A DNA stretch of 64,000 bases from Marsupella aquatica. Lineage: Eukaryota; Plantae; Marchantiophyta. The notes under the pieces were generated by a model. The model saw nothing but the letters and a program-made list of their open reading frames with translations, ran no database searches and had not been told where the DNA came from. This document shows positions 26,053 through 40,254 of the stretch, piece by piece. The translations under genes and the position numbers were made by a program. Positions within the stretch are counted from its first letter, which is position 1. Every line of letters starts with the position of its first letter. The DNA lies in the NCBI GenBank assembly GCA_973895155.1, contig OZ316893.1, positions 10,917,660-10,981,659 on the forward strand. Direction: 5' to 3'.

Positions 26053-27251
26053 TTTTAAGGTTTTCCTTATTAGAAAAATGTCAGGTGTGTGAAGTGTGTG
26101 AAGGAGAAGATGTTATGAATAATCTTTATCTGAAATTTCCAAATTATTTTCTGACAGCTAGATTTCTCTAGATTTAACGAGGGCCGTCTATTCTGGCTAA
26201 TGGGGCCTGTGACTACTGTAGGTGGGAACTGGCTAATGGGACTTAAAAAAACACTAGCAATTTTTTGGAGAAAGTGCACTAAACAATGCTAAACTGGATA
26301 CCTCACCCTGAACTACACTTCCCAAGTTTTCCTAAAATCTTTTCCATTCCTTGTTGAAAGTACGTGAAACCAATGCAGGTAACCCTCTTTGTGAGGTCAA
26401 CTGAAGCTAGACATGTGGTGGGTTCCTCCTTAGTCCTTACTTTAGTGGTGGATATGAGTGGAGCTTTCATAAGACTAGCCTGAGTGCCCGAGTCACAGTC
26501 AAGAGATTTCGCTCTAACCCATAGGACTATCCCCTAACTTTTTCCCAACTTAACACAAAGATTTATTATTGCCATGAGAGGGTATGCTGACACAAAACCC
26601 ATGACAGATGGAAATTCCCAACATGAGAATTTAGGATGGCAGCAGTTGGATAGGGGTCACAGCTCAACTCAAGTACTGGGCCAAAAACAATTACAAATAG
26701 CTTACTCTAAACAAGTTACTTAAGAGCTTCTCCAATTTTCCTTGGAATGGATTTTTTTACAAATAATTTGAGAGCCTCAAAACCCCACCGCAAGGGCAAA
26801 CAAGCAGCCAGCAATGGCCAAATAACATCAAAGAGCAGCAGCCCAGAGGCCGACCCCAAAGACAACAGCAGCACCCATAAAGAGGGAGCCTGCCCGCTCC
26901 GCCCGGGGACAATATCCCAAGGCCCCAATCAGCCCGATCAGCCCAGGTGCCACATCACCCCGTAATAACAGTGCAAGGCAGCAGAGCAAGAGCATCTCTA
27001 GCTTTGTTTGGAAGAGGTCCTTAATCTCCATCTTTTCCCTTTGGCAGCCATTTTTCTGGGCAAAGTGCCCCACCCTTACCTCGTATCCCTAAATGGATGG
27101 AGGCTGACCACCGACCTACAGTAGACACCCATTAGCCAAACCTGATGGTCGTAAAATAATTTAAGTGAATTAGATAAAATATATCTTAACATCTTCTCCC
27201 TCACACAAGGAGGTTACGTCAGCCACCCTGCGAAAAGGAAAAACCCTAAAA
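26053..27251. mobile_element. Old non-autonomous TIR DNA transposon (about 1.2 kb, diverged 150-180 bp TIRs)
   Basis: Left end TTTTAAGGTTTTCCTT...GTGTGAAGGAGAAGATGTTA...AAATTATTTT...GGCTAATGGG...CTACTGTAGGT is mirrored in reverse complement at 27108-27251. A further copy of the right terminus lies at about 32843-32910. Confidence 0.65.
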
Positions 27252-28043
27252 ATTACCAAGATTATGTTTGGAAGGCGGGGCTTCAAACTAGTATTCAATA
27301 TTACGTATTGCACACTCCTACTTGTCTTGGCGCATTGATGTGCAGCCTCAAAATGTTCATGCTGCCCTTAGTGCCCTCCTTGGCTCGTTCCATACTTCCA
27401 TAGTCATCTGGACACAGTAGGGCTTTGTCCTATTGCCATCACAATATACACCAGCTCGTTTCCACTCAATTACACATCACGAGATTTAAAAAATATTTAA
27501 AAAATATTTAAAAAATATTAAAAATATATATAAAAAAATAAACGAGATTGTCTTGTTTTGTCTGTGCCACGATGCGTGTGGTGCTCTTGTCCCCCTTTAT
27601 TTATTGCTTGCAGTACAGTACACCGATCTATGGGGGACAAATTAGATAACCTGCCTTTCACTTTGTAAATGGTGATCTAATCCTCGAGCTGCAAATGGCC
27701 GGGAAATCTTATATGTGGCTAAAGGGAGTCTTGTGGCTTAGGCTTTTAGAGTTCTAGACTCCTAGGGTAGGGCCAACCTGGACTACGACTCATCATGGGG
27801 CAAGATAAGTATAAGCCCAATATCATTGAAGAAAAGTGAGGTCATGCGAGATTGCTGCTCAATTTGGAATAGAGTACTTGAATATTTCGTGCCCCAAAAT
27901 CTTTATCACCTGCAGCAATCATGGGAGTGGAGACTTCACTTCAAGACATGCGACTAGTTCCACACCTGTTATTGAGGTGCTTTAGCAGCAAGTTCCTGTG
28001 TTATAAAGTACTGTTGTAAATATCACCCCATTCTTTAACATGT

Positions 28044-28152
28044 AACTCTACCCTTTATTTAATAATGAGATGTGTCGTGGCCCTTTTAATTTGCAGACCA
28101 ACTCTACCCTTTATTTAGTGATGAGATGTGTCGTGGCCCTTTTAATTTGCAG
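28044..28152. repeat. 56-bp tandem duplication
   Basis: AACTCTACCCTTTATTTA(A/G)T(A/G)ATGAGATGTGTCGTGGCCCTTTTAATTTGCAG occurs twice. Confidence 0.88.
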
Positions 28153-29570
28153 CCCTAGACCAGTGGTCTGGCAGCTTACTAGTAATGGAGAAGTTGGTGC
28201 CTGAAGCTGCTCATGCGACAGGCTCCACTGTTAACCAACACAAATCTCAAGGCAAAGTCGACAAAGCTTCCCGCAAGTGCAGACAAATTGCAAATTTTGT
28301 CCACAGAAATGACAAAGCATGGCGACTAGTGCCATGCTCTCTGCCTTACCCCAGCTGACGTAGATAGAAAGAAAATGCTGCCTTCCATGGCAACAGGATT
28401 TTCCCCGGAAATGATGGGAGTTTAAGGGCCAAGAATATTTGGGCCTTATACATGCAAGAAAGCTCTAAAGAGGGCGAGGGACATTTTCTGGGGATGGAAA
28501 AATTCAAGTTAAAACCCAGGATGGATGGGAGTAAGGTTGTTTTTTAACCAAGGTTACCTTTTGGACAGGAAGGGGAAGGCAATCAGTATAAAATTGAATA
28601 GCAGCAAGGGGAAAGAAAAGGACAAAAGACTTACTTTTATGAAAGATGGCACCTCTGAAGCACCGTAGGCATGAAAGCACCTAAGGTCTAGAAGTGAAGT
28701 TTCCACTCCCATGATTGCTGCGGATAATAATGGATGAGAAAAATAGTATTTGAGAATTGTGATAACCCAACTCTGGGCCCAAAGGATGCCAAGTGGATCG
28801 AGTTTGAGCAACACTTTAAGAGGGGTGACAAAGGACACAAGCAAGATTTTTGTCTTTTTGGAAAGGGAATCACAACAAAATTATATAGATGAGAGGCAAG
28901 TTCTCAAAGTTTCAACGACCCTACAAATCAATCTTATCTTGCAATCCTCTAGCTACATATGATGAACCAATTGTCTTCGAAAACTTATTTATTGCTGACC
29001 ATTATTATTTCCTGCCCAGCGCACACATGGTGAAGACATTAGGATTTATATGAATATTTTGATAGGGTAGACATGTTTTTGTAAATGTGTTTTAAGAGGT
29101 ATGTTGGCGGTCCTTAACCACAAAATAAATTGGAAACAGGGGGATAGCAGAGGCTCCAGGCAATGGGATAGAAGAGTTACATTAGAAGTCCTTCACCCCG
29201 GAAAGGATTTTGAAATGAGGGGGATCAATGATTCTTGGTTAGGGCGTACAGCCCAAATCACAATGTAGCTACTTGGAGCTTTGGTCAGAGCTATACTGAT
29301 AGCAATGGCAGGCTATTGCTGTTGTTTGAGGGAAGCCCGAGGTCATATTGTTGTCCCAACTGCTTACTGAGAGAGGCACAATCACGTAGACCCTTTAGAA
29401 GGGGGTGATAACTTCCACAAATTGATTTCATTGCCTTCAAAAAATGAAGAAGCTCTTGCCATTGAGCTCTTGTTGGACTATTTCCCTACTGCTTAATTTC
29501 CTTTCTCAATTAGACTTTACCTTGCAATCTTGTCCATTCAAAGTTCATTTCACTATTGAATAGATTGAAC

Positions 29571-29915
29571 TGTTAGAATTTATTCTTAGGTCTAGAGTTA
29601 TGACTGTACCATAGTTAAGGCTAACTTTAGTCGCAGACTTGGTTAGGTTAGTCATGCTGTGTACACTCTATAACCAAGCCTTGTTTGCTTTGAGAGTGGG
29701 AACTCAGGCTTATTGTTACGGAGCTAGTTAAGAAATAGAGAGAGCTTGCACTGTGGATGCTTGGTATGGCCAGTCGACCTAGAGTGCAGTAAAGCTCATG
29801 TGTGTTCCCGTGGACGCAGCCTCATGTGGTGGTGAACCACATATCTCTCTGTGTTTACTCTTGTGTGTTGGATGGTTCATGGGCTTGCTATTGCGATTGT
29901 CATCTATATTCAACA
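29571..29915 (+). mobile_element. Solo LTR (345 bp) of an LTR retrotransposon family present three times in the window
   Basis: Starts TGTTAG and ends TTCAACA. Flanked by TGAAC/TGAAT (4/5 TSD). Colinear in reverse complement with 55766-56112 (e.g. GTAAAGCTC..GTGTGTTCCCGTGGACG, TGAACCA). Strand is relative to the other copies only. Confidence 0.75.
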
Positions 29916-30261
29916 TGAATTGAAGTGGAAAGAGGGGACCTCTTGAAGCTACAGAAGTGAGCAGCAACCCAAGCAACAATTTATGCTACATTTCTTACCT
30001 CCTTGGGGGTGTGTTCCTTCACAATCAATAAAGATGTGCAGAAGTCTATATATGCTTGTACATTTATCCTTTTTGCTATGGTATTCATTGTGCATGAATG
30101 ACTTTAATAAGTGTTCAAGGCATTTATCAAAGCTACAAAAACAGAAATTTATACAAGTGGTATACAACTTACATATAAGTTGTATAAAATTAAGAAACTA
30201 GTTTTTTAAGAATAATAGGGAAATTTACATGATCTTCCAAAAATAACAAGGATACAAGAAA

Positions 30262-30286
30262 GGGGGGGGGGGGGGGGGGGGGGGGG
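30262..30286. repeat. Poly-G tract (G25)
   Basis: An uninterrupted run of 25 G. Confidence 0.9.
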
Positions 30287-30339
30287 CATAAATTTTACTT
30301 TACAAAGAGTAGGGGCCAAGGTTTAGTGTTGCACATGTG

Positions 30340-31710
30340 CATGTTACCAAGTTTAACCTGACGGGCAAGTTTATGGCTTGCCGGGCACGTAAAACCATCA
30401 AATGACGGTCCCAAAATGGCCAGTTTGACGTATATTTTTTGACATTCCCCTGGACTCCCCCGGTCCCTGGACTCCCGAACCGACCCGGCTCCCGACCCGC
30501 ACGGACCCTGCCCCAGCCCACCCAAACCCGGCCCGGACCCGGCCTCCCGAACCCTTCCCGAACCCCTTCCCCAACCTCCCGAATCCCTCCCGAACCCCTA
30601 CCGAAATGCCTCCTGGCCTCCCAAACCCCTCCCAAACCCAGCCTCCTGAACCTCTCCCCGGCCTCCTGAACCCATCCCAAACCCTGAGTCCGGGAGACCA
30701 TGCGACAGGTTTACGTATTTATGGGTTTGACGGGGAAATCCCCCAGGTTGATGGGCAAGGTCAAACCGGGGCATGTTATCTTTAATTAAACTTTATTTGT
30801 TCAATAATAAATGCATAGATACCATTATGGTTGGTTGTGCACTTACTCATGTGTTGTCTGGTCACACACATCAGATTCTTCATACCCAAACCCTGGTATT
30901 GAATTGGAGAAGCACATGAAAGGATATGTAATTGCGTTTCCAACTCATCGTTAAATGTTTATTATGTTTGGATTGCAGTAACTTACAAAAATATGTGTGC
31001 ATTTATGGATGATGGTCTGCATTTATAGATGAAAATGCAGTTAGGAATTGTCATTTAGTGAGGGTTGACCTGAACTTATGCAACAGGATTTTTGGGGACC
31101 TACAAATATTTCTCTAATATTAGGGGACTCGATGAACAGATTACACTTAATGACAAATGCACATTATAATTTGAAGGCCATTTCACTCACACCAGGTTTG
31201 ACACAATATTACACAATTCACCTCAAAGCCCCCAACTTAAGTCTTAAGTTGGCTTCAACTATATCCAAGTGGGGCAACTAGATTTAGAGGAGGGGAGGGG
31301 AGCGGGAGGGGAGGAGGGGGAGGGGAGCGGGAGGAGGAGGGGAGGAGGATGGGGTTCGGGAGGGGGGGACGGGGAGGGGAGCGGGAGGAGGAGGAGGGGA
31401 GGGGGGGGGTGAGTTCGGGAGGGGGAGGAGGGGGGGAGCTCGGGAGGGGAGGAGGTCGGGCGGGCAGGCAGGGAGAGAGGGGAGGAGGCCGGGCCAGGCC
31501 GGGACAGGGCAGGCCGGGTCCGGGTGAGGGGGGGGGGGGCCGGGCCGGGTGCTGGGAGGGGAAGGGCGGCAGCGTCCGGGAGGAGGCCGGGAAGAGTTCG
31601 GGCCGGGCCGGGGAAGAAGTGCGAATATGTGTCAAATAGAGGCTTTTTAGTCCGACAAATGCCAAGTTTACGTGCCCGCCAACTCGACAAGTTGCCTGTC
31701 AGTTCAAACC
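30340..31710. mobile_element. Pair of inverted GC-skewed non-autonomous DNA elements (C-rich arm 30440-30700, G-rich arm 31285-31620)
   Basis: 30351-30437 (GTTTAACCTGACGGGCAAG...CGGGCACGTAAA...TTTGACGTATATT) matches the reverse complement of 31624-31709 (GTTTGAACTGACAGGCAAC...CGGGCACGTAAA...TTTGACACATATT). Each terminus is followed by low-complexity CCCG/CGGG subterminal repeats. Confidence 0.65.
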
Positions 31711-34700
31711 AGGATCGAACCAGGATCGTGCTGGACAATTGTGCACTGCGCAAGCTGTAAACTTAGATCGACAATCTGTAAGGACTGTGGGCCCATAACC
31801 GTTTCCGTGAACACGCACTCAATTGCATCCTCGAGCAGGCTTTCGAAACGTATTCCCACGTTTTCAGAATACGTGTGCGTTTTAGATTTTGACTGTATTG
31901 TGTTGACTGCAGAGAGACTGAGACTGCAGAGGAATGTGGACGGGCAGAGTCTGAGTCTGTTGCAGAAACCCACCTGGCGATCTCTGTATTTCTCCACTGC
32001 AACACTGAAAAGTGGGTAGTTAATGATTTTCTGGGTACCAATGACAGTCTTGTGCTGATGATTGACAGACATCGGGATTTGCGTGCACATTTAAACAACC
32101 CCCGTTGACATTGGGTAATCGTTCCACCGAAATTTAACATTGAACTGACTTTGTAGGGTAATCTCTCGACATCAGACCTCGAGCAATCTTTTTCATCGAT
32201 TGCAAAATAATGATCAATTGGAACGAAGAGGGAGTAGCATCGCAGCCGTGGGCCATCTTCGAATCATCTTGAAAATCAGAGTGTTTCTCTATAATTATCA
32301 AGGACTCGGATGAGAAGATTCGCCATATTCAGTTTCCTTTCAGACAGTAAGATGCAAAGAAAATCAAAAGTCGATGGCAGAAGTGCACCTTTTCCAAGTT
32401 GGCAGTGAACAGGAATTAAGCTCGATCAACTTTGCAATCAATTGTTCCAATTCCTGCTCTTATTCGTCAATTTCCTCACTCTGCCTAGGTGCATCTCTCC
32501 GTATGAACCCAAAGTTCATGGAATGCCCAAACTGCATTTTGCAGACCTGTCACCGAGACGACCTTAGGTTTGGGAAAGAAATTATTGGGCACCCCTAAAA
32601 GTCAGTGAAGCAAGTAAAGGAACTTTTTGCAATTGAGAATTGTGAACAACGTTACTATTGCAGTAATCAGCATTTTGGGGTTGCAAATTTACCAAATTCC
32701 ATGTCATTGAACTGTAGAAGTTCCTTTTGAGAACTTTGGGAGAGACCGCCTCCTCCATTAGCGACTTTTCAGTAGACACAGACTCCACTAGTTAAGACTT
32801 AGTGGTAGAATATAAATCTTAGAAAATTGGGACAAGTCGATTCTTAACATCTTCGCCTGCACACAAGCTCACATTCAACACCTTAGCGAAAAACGGGAAA
32901 AAACTAAACATACCCTTCTTTGAACCATGGGTGAGCCAAAAGCCGTTGCCTCAAAATCGTACTCGAGGCCTCTGTACGCCGTCACTCTCCGTTCAACGGT
33001 GCAGTTACCGTAATACGTGTACCCACTAGGTACAGTTACCGTATTTTCACTCGGTACAAAAGTGCCGTTACTGCCGGTTATACTATACTTTCAGGATACG
33101 GATACAGTACGTCCCAGCTTATTTATTGTTTTCCAGGAATCCAAATCATTCTATTCTTCTCGAGAGTCTAATTGGGCGGAACCGTCTTTGACCCTGTCAA
33201 TAGGTGTATTCATTAGTAATACGTGTGGAAAAAGCAGCTGTAATACCTCTGTCTGTCTCGTGTAAGTATGTGGTCAAGGGAGTACTATATCACAGTGTAC
33301 ATAGGAGAGATACCCATCTGCGACTAGATGTGCCAGTGGTTGGATTTACCGTATGTTATCCTTCCTCCATGCAGGGAACGTCGAACTGCACATTGAAAAG
33401 CAGGGACAAGGTTTATATCAGGAACAACACAACACTTGGTGATATGAAAGCAAAAGGATATATATCTGGATCAACATTCACGGATACAAAAGAATCATTG
33501 ACAGTGCTGTGCTGGCAGGACACCTTTAGAGTATCTTGTCTTACCAAGAATTGTGCTATGTATTTTTGTGTAAATGTGGTTTAGTCTATGCTTTTACTTT
33601 GTATTTTTTTTGAATCTAAGCAATTTCCTCCAACCCCTTTAATCCTTTGATTTCCTTACTTTCTATTAAGTCTGTTAGTACTTCTATTAATCTTAATATG
33701 TTACGATACCTTGTCACTTTTGGAAAAGCATAATATATTGTATTGATATTCTCTCCGATTCGCAATGGGCTTTTCTTAATATTTCTATAGCCTTAATGTT
33801 CTCAATTTTCAGTTTATTTAAATTTATTTTTAGCTTCTTCCATAATAAGGTCTGACTCTCCAGGATCAATCAGGCTGCTAGGACTCAATCTAACGATGCA
33901 ATGTAGTATATATGTCCATTGCTTACAACATTTCAAATGCTTATGGTTTGTAGAGCAATAGGTGTCACCTAAATAAAGAGCCCTCAAACAAGAGCCCAAA
34001 CTTTCAAAGTTATTAAGTTCGCTTCTCTTTCAACAATAAAGTACTGTACCTATACTATACACTTACTTGTATGTTCAAGTTAATATACTTGTCTTTCACC
34101 CAAAAAGTATTGTACCTTTCTTTGTTCATTTAAAAAGATGTAGTTTTTTCTATTTATTTTCTTATAATCATTGTTTCAATATTTTTAAATTTGACATGAT
34201 AGCTTGTGTCTCATAAACTAGCTAAAATAAAACAATACTCTTTCTTATGAATAAGCTAAATGATTAATGAATAAAGTTAAAATAGTTGTCTTACAATGGG
34301 CGAGCTATAATGTTCGAACAACATTCACTGCTATAAAAGAACTATGGAGAGTTTATAGTGAACACGGAGTGATATGTACGGATCATAGAGTTTACAGCAG
34401 TACAAACTTTAAGTTCAACCTGTGGGGATATACCACAGTAACCCGTATCCCAGAAAACGTAGAATGTGGGAACCTGGGTACTGGCTTGCCCGGTGACTAT
34501 TACACATGACATTCGGGGCTGCCTGGGGTGGTGGGCACAAAATGTACAGAGTCAACGTGCAAAATATTTTACAGTGGGGTTGAAATCTTGCCTTGTTTTT
34601 TAAAACACATTTTAAAGAGACGGAAACAAAGCCCAACTCATACCCTCACAACCAGGTCAATATTTCAAACCTAAGAAAAACTCTACACCCCTCACTGCTA

Positions 34701-35394
34701 TTAGAGTTAGGATTGAATTATGTGAGTGGCAGGATAAATTTGGATAATAACAGCAATACATACAAGTAGAACTACACATGCTAAGAGAATTGAGATACAA
34801 GAGGGTAAGGTTTATCTTCTTGGGTAAAAGAAACATAAGCAAAGCCAAAGGAATAAAAAAAAACAAGGAAATTGAGGACGCAAAGACTAGACTCAGAACC
34901 GGTGTGCAAGGAGGAGCGAAAAGCTTTGAATGCTCTTAAAGGAACTTGTCATAAAAAGAACAACCAAACTTAGTATTAAAAGTGTTATCGTAGAATAGTA
35001 GGCTGTACATGCCATGCTCTACATCTAATATTATCAACTAAGAGCAGACCCTTACTATATTCATAAGACTTCCCAAAATAGGTGACTATGGCCGTTCATA
35101 CACAAGATTGTATACCACCTGAAATGAGTACTATGAGTTACCCAGAGTGCTTATCGCGGAAGCTGTGATTTATCTAATTCTCATTAAAGTTGAAACGATT
35201 AAATTTAAGTAATGGTCATATTGCATCTTGGTTTACATTTCCTAACCTACCCATGAGCGATTATATAGTGGGATGCAGTGGCCGTATTAACTGCCTTAAA
35301 CTTCAAGTACAGTCTTGTCAAATTTTGAGGAGCTTTGATGTTTTTAATTCACAGTGATAGGAGCATTCTCACTTTGTTTATCGTTAAGCTTTAG

Positions 35395-35851
35395 AATCAT
35401 TGTTAAGAGTGGCTGACTCTTAGATGAGTTGAGCTATAAAAGACAACTGTAGGAGTAAGAGTAGGAGGACGTGACCACAGTTCTCAAGAGTCAATCACTC
35501 ATCACTCATCACTCTAGCAATTATTGTTGGTTAAATATTCAGAATTAATGGGGCCTCAATGCTCCACTGCTGGTTTGCCTGGTTTGGTCTCACATTTTTT
35601 TATATTGTTAATCTTTGATTCACATTGATATAATAATCTCAGGTTAACTCTGGTCAAGCTTGACAATCATTCTTAGAGTGGCTGACACTTAAAGCAGTTG
35701 AGCTATGAGAGACCACTGTAGGAGTAGGAGGCTATGACCACAACTCGCAAGAGTGACTGGTGAATCACTCATCGCTCTAGCAATTATTGTTGGTTAGATA
35801 TTCAGAATTAATGGGGACTCAATGCTCCACTTTTCTGGTTTGGTCCCACAT
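35395..35851. repeat. Diverged direct duplication (about 190-200 bp copies, about 270 bp apart)
   Basis: AGAGTGGCTGAC...GTTGAGCTAT...ACTGTAGGAGTA...CTCTAGCAATTATTGTTGGTTA(A/G)ATATTCAGAATTAATGGGG..TCAATGCTCCACT occurs at about 35395-35595 and 35665-35851. Confidence 0.85.
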
Positions 35852-38800
35852 GACCATCAAGATCATGTCACCAGGTTCATGAGAATCATGACTTTCATGT
35901 GTCAAGTTAAATCCTACGCTGCTGCCGTGGTGCCATTGCTCAGGAAACAAGGGAGTGCCAAAACTATTGTATACCCTGAAAAGTCAGTGTTTACATCTGA
36001 GTATACAAAAGGGTTTGTTTGCAGGTCATGTGGGTCGTGCAGTCCATCTGGGCATCTAGTCAAACATTTAGGTCCATCAGGGCTTGAGCTTTTCCTAATA
36101 GCAAACTTCCAACAAACCAATGAATTTGGGTTGGACCGCCCATCACTTCAGGCAACAGGTCTCGCGAGATAATGAAGAACCGCAAGTCTTCTTGGGAAAG
36201 ACCATGGTAGGCCCAATTTCAGAATCAAGAAGCCTGGATACCTCTTTCCTTTAACAAAACCCACACTCACTAATAGGAAGCGAGTGTTCCAGACCCTTGA
36301 TCGACCTTGAATCAGTGTACCTAAAACTTCATTGCACCACATCATGAATATCTTCCCAAAGCAAGCATTTTTAAAGGTTTTCATATACACATACATTTCA
36401 TTTTGGGGAATTTCAATATAAATATATAATTTAATATAATTATTTAATTATGGTTTCCTTACCAAAATTTTATCATCATTGTAATATGTACTATATCTAA
36501 TTTATAACACATAATTAGCCACAAAATAATTCATAAGTACATATTATACTGATGATGGAATTATGGTAAGAAAGCCAACAGTATCATCTTTGAGAAGTTT
36601 GTAGATCTCAATTCTCAATAAACTTTGACAATGTTAGGCTCATTGGAAAGACTAAGTTGTAACTCCCAAAAACATGCATCCTTGTAAAATGAGGGAGATG
36701 CTTAGTGTCAAAGTTAGCTCTTTAAAAACCTCCATAAGTGCAAAGTGTGGATAGTGAATGATCAACTAATCTCTGTCAATTTTTTATTAAGACTAAAACA
36801 CAAGATTGGTAGGATCTCTTAATGTTTCATGAAAAACTAGAAATATTAGACTGGTTGAAAAGATATTGACAAATTATATACAATAAAATAAAATTATTTT
36901 CACTACAAACTTTGCATTTGGAGTTGTGTTTACATTGTGTTTAGACTAGAAGGGTGTCAATTAGTAATAGTCTCCCACTTCCTCTACACATTCAAGGTCA
37001 AACTTTGCCGATGGGTGTGACCCCATGGTTCACTGTCTCAGTCCACGGAAACATCATCTTCTCCCTTCCCTCGCCCCAAAAAACACAATAAAAACGAGTT
37101 CAGTAACCTAACAAATCCTCCCGAAAGGTACACGACACAATCATCAATCCAGCATTATCCCATTTCTCCGTAGAGTCATTGTTCGATTGCCTCACTCTCT
37201 GTTTGCGTTAGAAATGACCTTTGTCAACCGCAGTAGGGTACGGCTCTTCTCCCCAGTCCGTCAGGAAAGCGTATTGTGTCCGGATAGGACTAGAAGGAAC
37301 CGCGCGGCATAAAATAGGCCGGTAAAATAAAGTAGAGTGCCGTCCCGGGCATACGACGATAGGACCTCGCCTAACGGCCGCCGTTCCCTGCCTTTCCCGT
37401 GCCACCCAGACCGTGGGGAACCCCAGGACTGGACTGGCTCGGTCATCGGGACGAGTACTCTTAGCAGCGTACAGTACTTCTAATTACTTTTGCGTTGCCT
37501 AATGTCAAACAAAAGATGCTAGGAACATTCTCGTAATAATTTTACTACAATATAATACCCCATTCTTGAGATTTCTTTAAAACTAACACTAATTTAATAG
37601 CACCCATTTTCAAGAACTACTCATAAATTGCGTTAATCATAACAATTTTGTGCTAACATTATTTTCATGTACTTGAATTAGTGTTACTATGATCTCACGA
37701 GTGAAAACATAGACAGGGAATTTATTTTGATAAATTTACAACAATTAGTATTACTTTGGACTCAAGATAGTCCTTTCTTTACTGGCAATAAACAAAAGTG
37801 GAAGAAAACTGTTTAAAAAACAGACAAAAATTAGTGTGATTTTGACTCAAAATCATTTTTACCAAAAGTAGTGTTAGTAACACTAACTTTGTACTAACCC
37901 TAATTCTTGCATAACACTAACTATGGTGAGCAATGCAGACAAGTTCAATAAGGGGGGAGCTGCAAGGCACAATATTCACCTGGATACAGAGTAACCCTGA
38001 TCTAGTACCAAATATCTCCACCCCCCCCCCCCCCTCACTACATCACATAGCATAATTTTTCCTCCTATAAGATACCAGTACCATTCCCCAAGATTTTAGG
38101 ATGACAGACAAATTTTGGCTAGTGCGGTCTCGGTGGCCTCACTCTAAAGGGGATCTCAAAACACGCTCGACGCTTTTAGTTATTAAACATCTTAAGAAAA
38201 ACATATTTTTTGAACTATTTTCTACCCCCATTTTTTTGGATTATTCTAAAAATATTCTCAATTTTCATTTCTAAAACCCTATCTTCTTGTACAATTCTCA
38301 AAATTGAATTTTAAAAGCACTAATATTCTTCTACAGAAATTTAAAAATATTCTTCTCAACCTAATAATCAAACCTTATACTTACTTTGGTGTGATGGGTA
38401 GAAACGTAAGGAGTAAATGAGGACCCCGGGAGTGGGGACTGTGAGGAAATGGGAAATTGACTAATGGAATTTCGAAGACTGTACGAGCAGTAGTCTCCCA
38501 AACAATAGTTTCTTGCTTGATAGACCTATAACACTAGTTTGTTACCCAATCCATCCACTCTAACAATTTTTTACAAGTAAGTTGTTCTTGTGAGGAACAC
38601 TATTGGGAGCTCAAATAGTAATGATTCAAGCCAAGGGGACGCTGCAGTCATATCGATAGCACAATCCCATGGTAAGTCTGGCACCAGATGCAGTATGGTG
38701 CTTTTGCATTTGAAAACATAACCAGTATAGTCTTCAATTGTCAGGGTTTAGGGATAAGATCATGGCGTCCTGTGTTGTCCCATGCCGTCTGTGCTGTCAA

Positions 38801-40254
38801 ATTCCAAGTTTGTCAGTTGTGCAGACGCAAACGCCTTGGGGCTTACAAAGGCTGTGGACATGGGTATAGTTTAAGTTTAGGAGCGACTCGGCTTCAACTA
38901 CTAACAATTGAAGACACTTTGAGTTATGTATTCTCAACAAAGCACCAACAAATATAGCCTTAAATTGAAATGGGTACACGAGGATAAGCCATAAAATAAT
39001 TAGAATGATAGATTACAACTATTACCTATCTATCATTCTTTCATTCATCTTTCATTCACTATAATATACAATCTCGCCTTTTTGTGCTCATCATCTGCTT
39101 ACAAACTCCACTTTTGGAGAGAACTCAATATGACCATTGGATTTAAAGCTTAAATTTTCCTGCTCATCAGATCTGTGTAAGGAAGAATAAAGAGTTTGTC
39201 CTAGCCTGAGGCACTGATGGACTTCCACCCACACCTAGACTCATACACAAATATCTAGAAAAAGGTCATTGGGAATTGAGTTTGAGTTGACATGTGGTTA
39301 TCATGGGTACATGGGTCTTACAATAACATCTAAGTAGACCCCACATGATTACCCCATTCAAGTAAAGTAGACATTTGAAGTACAATACAAATTAAGTTGT
39401 GAGTTCAAAAGGGATGATTTAAAGGAAAGTGAAAAAAAATTAAGTCTAATCTCTATGAATTATTTTTTCCAAGTTACATTAACATTCAATCCTAAGTTCT
39501 TTACTGCAATAACCTTATTGACCAAAGACACAATGGCCTCAAGAATAAAATGGCCCCAGCAACAAAATGGCCAGAGTGATAAATGATTGTAACAATGAAT
39601 GGTTGTAATGACAAATGTGCAATGCAATTAGGGCAATGGGTTTGAATATATGTCATATTTCAAATCACATTAAAAAAAACTATCCCATCTCAAAGATTCA
39701 GTGCAATATACAAAATTGGAAAAGGAAGGAACAAACCAATACCATAAGATATATTTCAATGATTTTGATTGATTTATTTTTTATTTTTTTAGGGGCGCCT
39801 CGTCTTCCACTGCTAACAATTGAAGACATGAGTGAAAAGGATCACCAATGGAAGTGAATACCATGGATATTTTTCCTTCTAAAGTAGGTATTTACAAAAT
39901 ACATGTGCTGGCTAATTACTTTCAAGACTGACATGTGCATTACATCGGTATCATATTTTTTTTGTTTTTTTGCTAAGGATCTAAGAGATCATTTATCTTT
40001 TGCTCCATGTTGTTTCTTCTTTTCTTTCTTAATCATGTTGGAAGGGGGAGGGGGGGTGCCAAAGAGCCAGGATGGGAGACTGGAAGGAGAGAAAGGGAGG
40101 GCACAGAAGAGGAGATTGATGGAAAAAAAAGGAAAAAGTGAATTCTCTCCCTCCACTTGCTCTACCCTTGACCCCATAACACCCCAACTGCTGCCCCCGT
40201 CTTGCGTTCCCTCCCATGCTCTCACCCTCCCCCACAATATTGCTTTCACAATAG

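Noticed and set aside
31255-31760. Pro-rich and Gly-rich ORFs resembling extensin or formin
   Set aside because: Produced by G/C low-complexity DNA inside an inverted-repeat element; no signal peptide and non-ATG starts for the Pro-rich frames.
38877-39830. Direct repeat translating as LGA.RL.LLTIED at about 38880 and 39790
   Set aside because: Only about 40 bp and no surrounding ORF or transposase motif; cannot be assigned.
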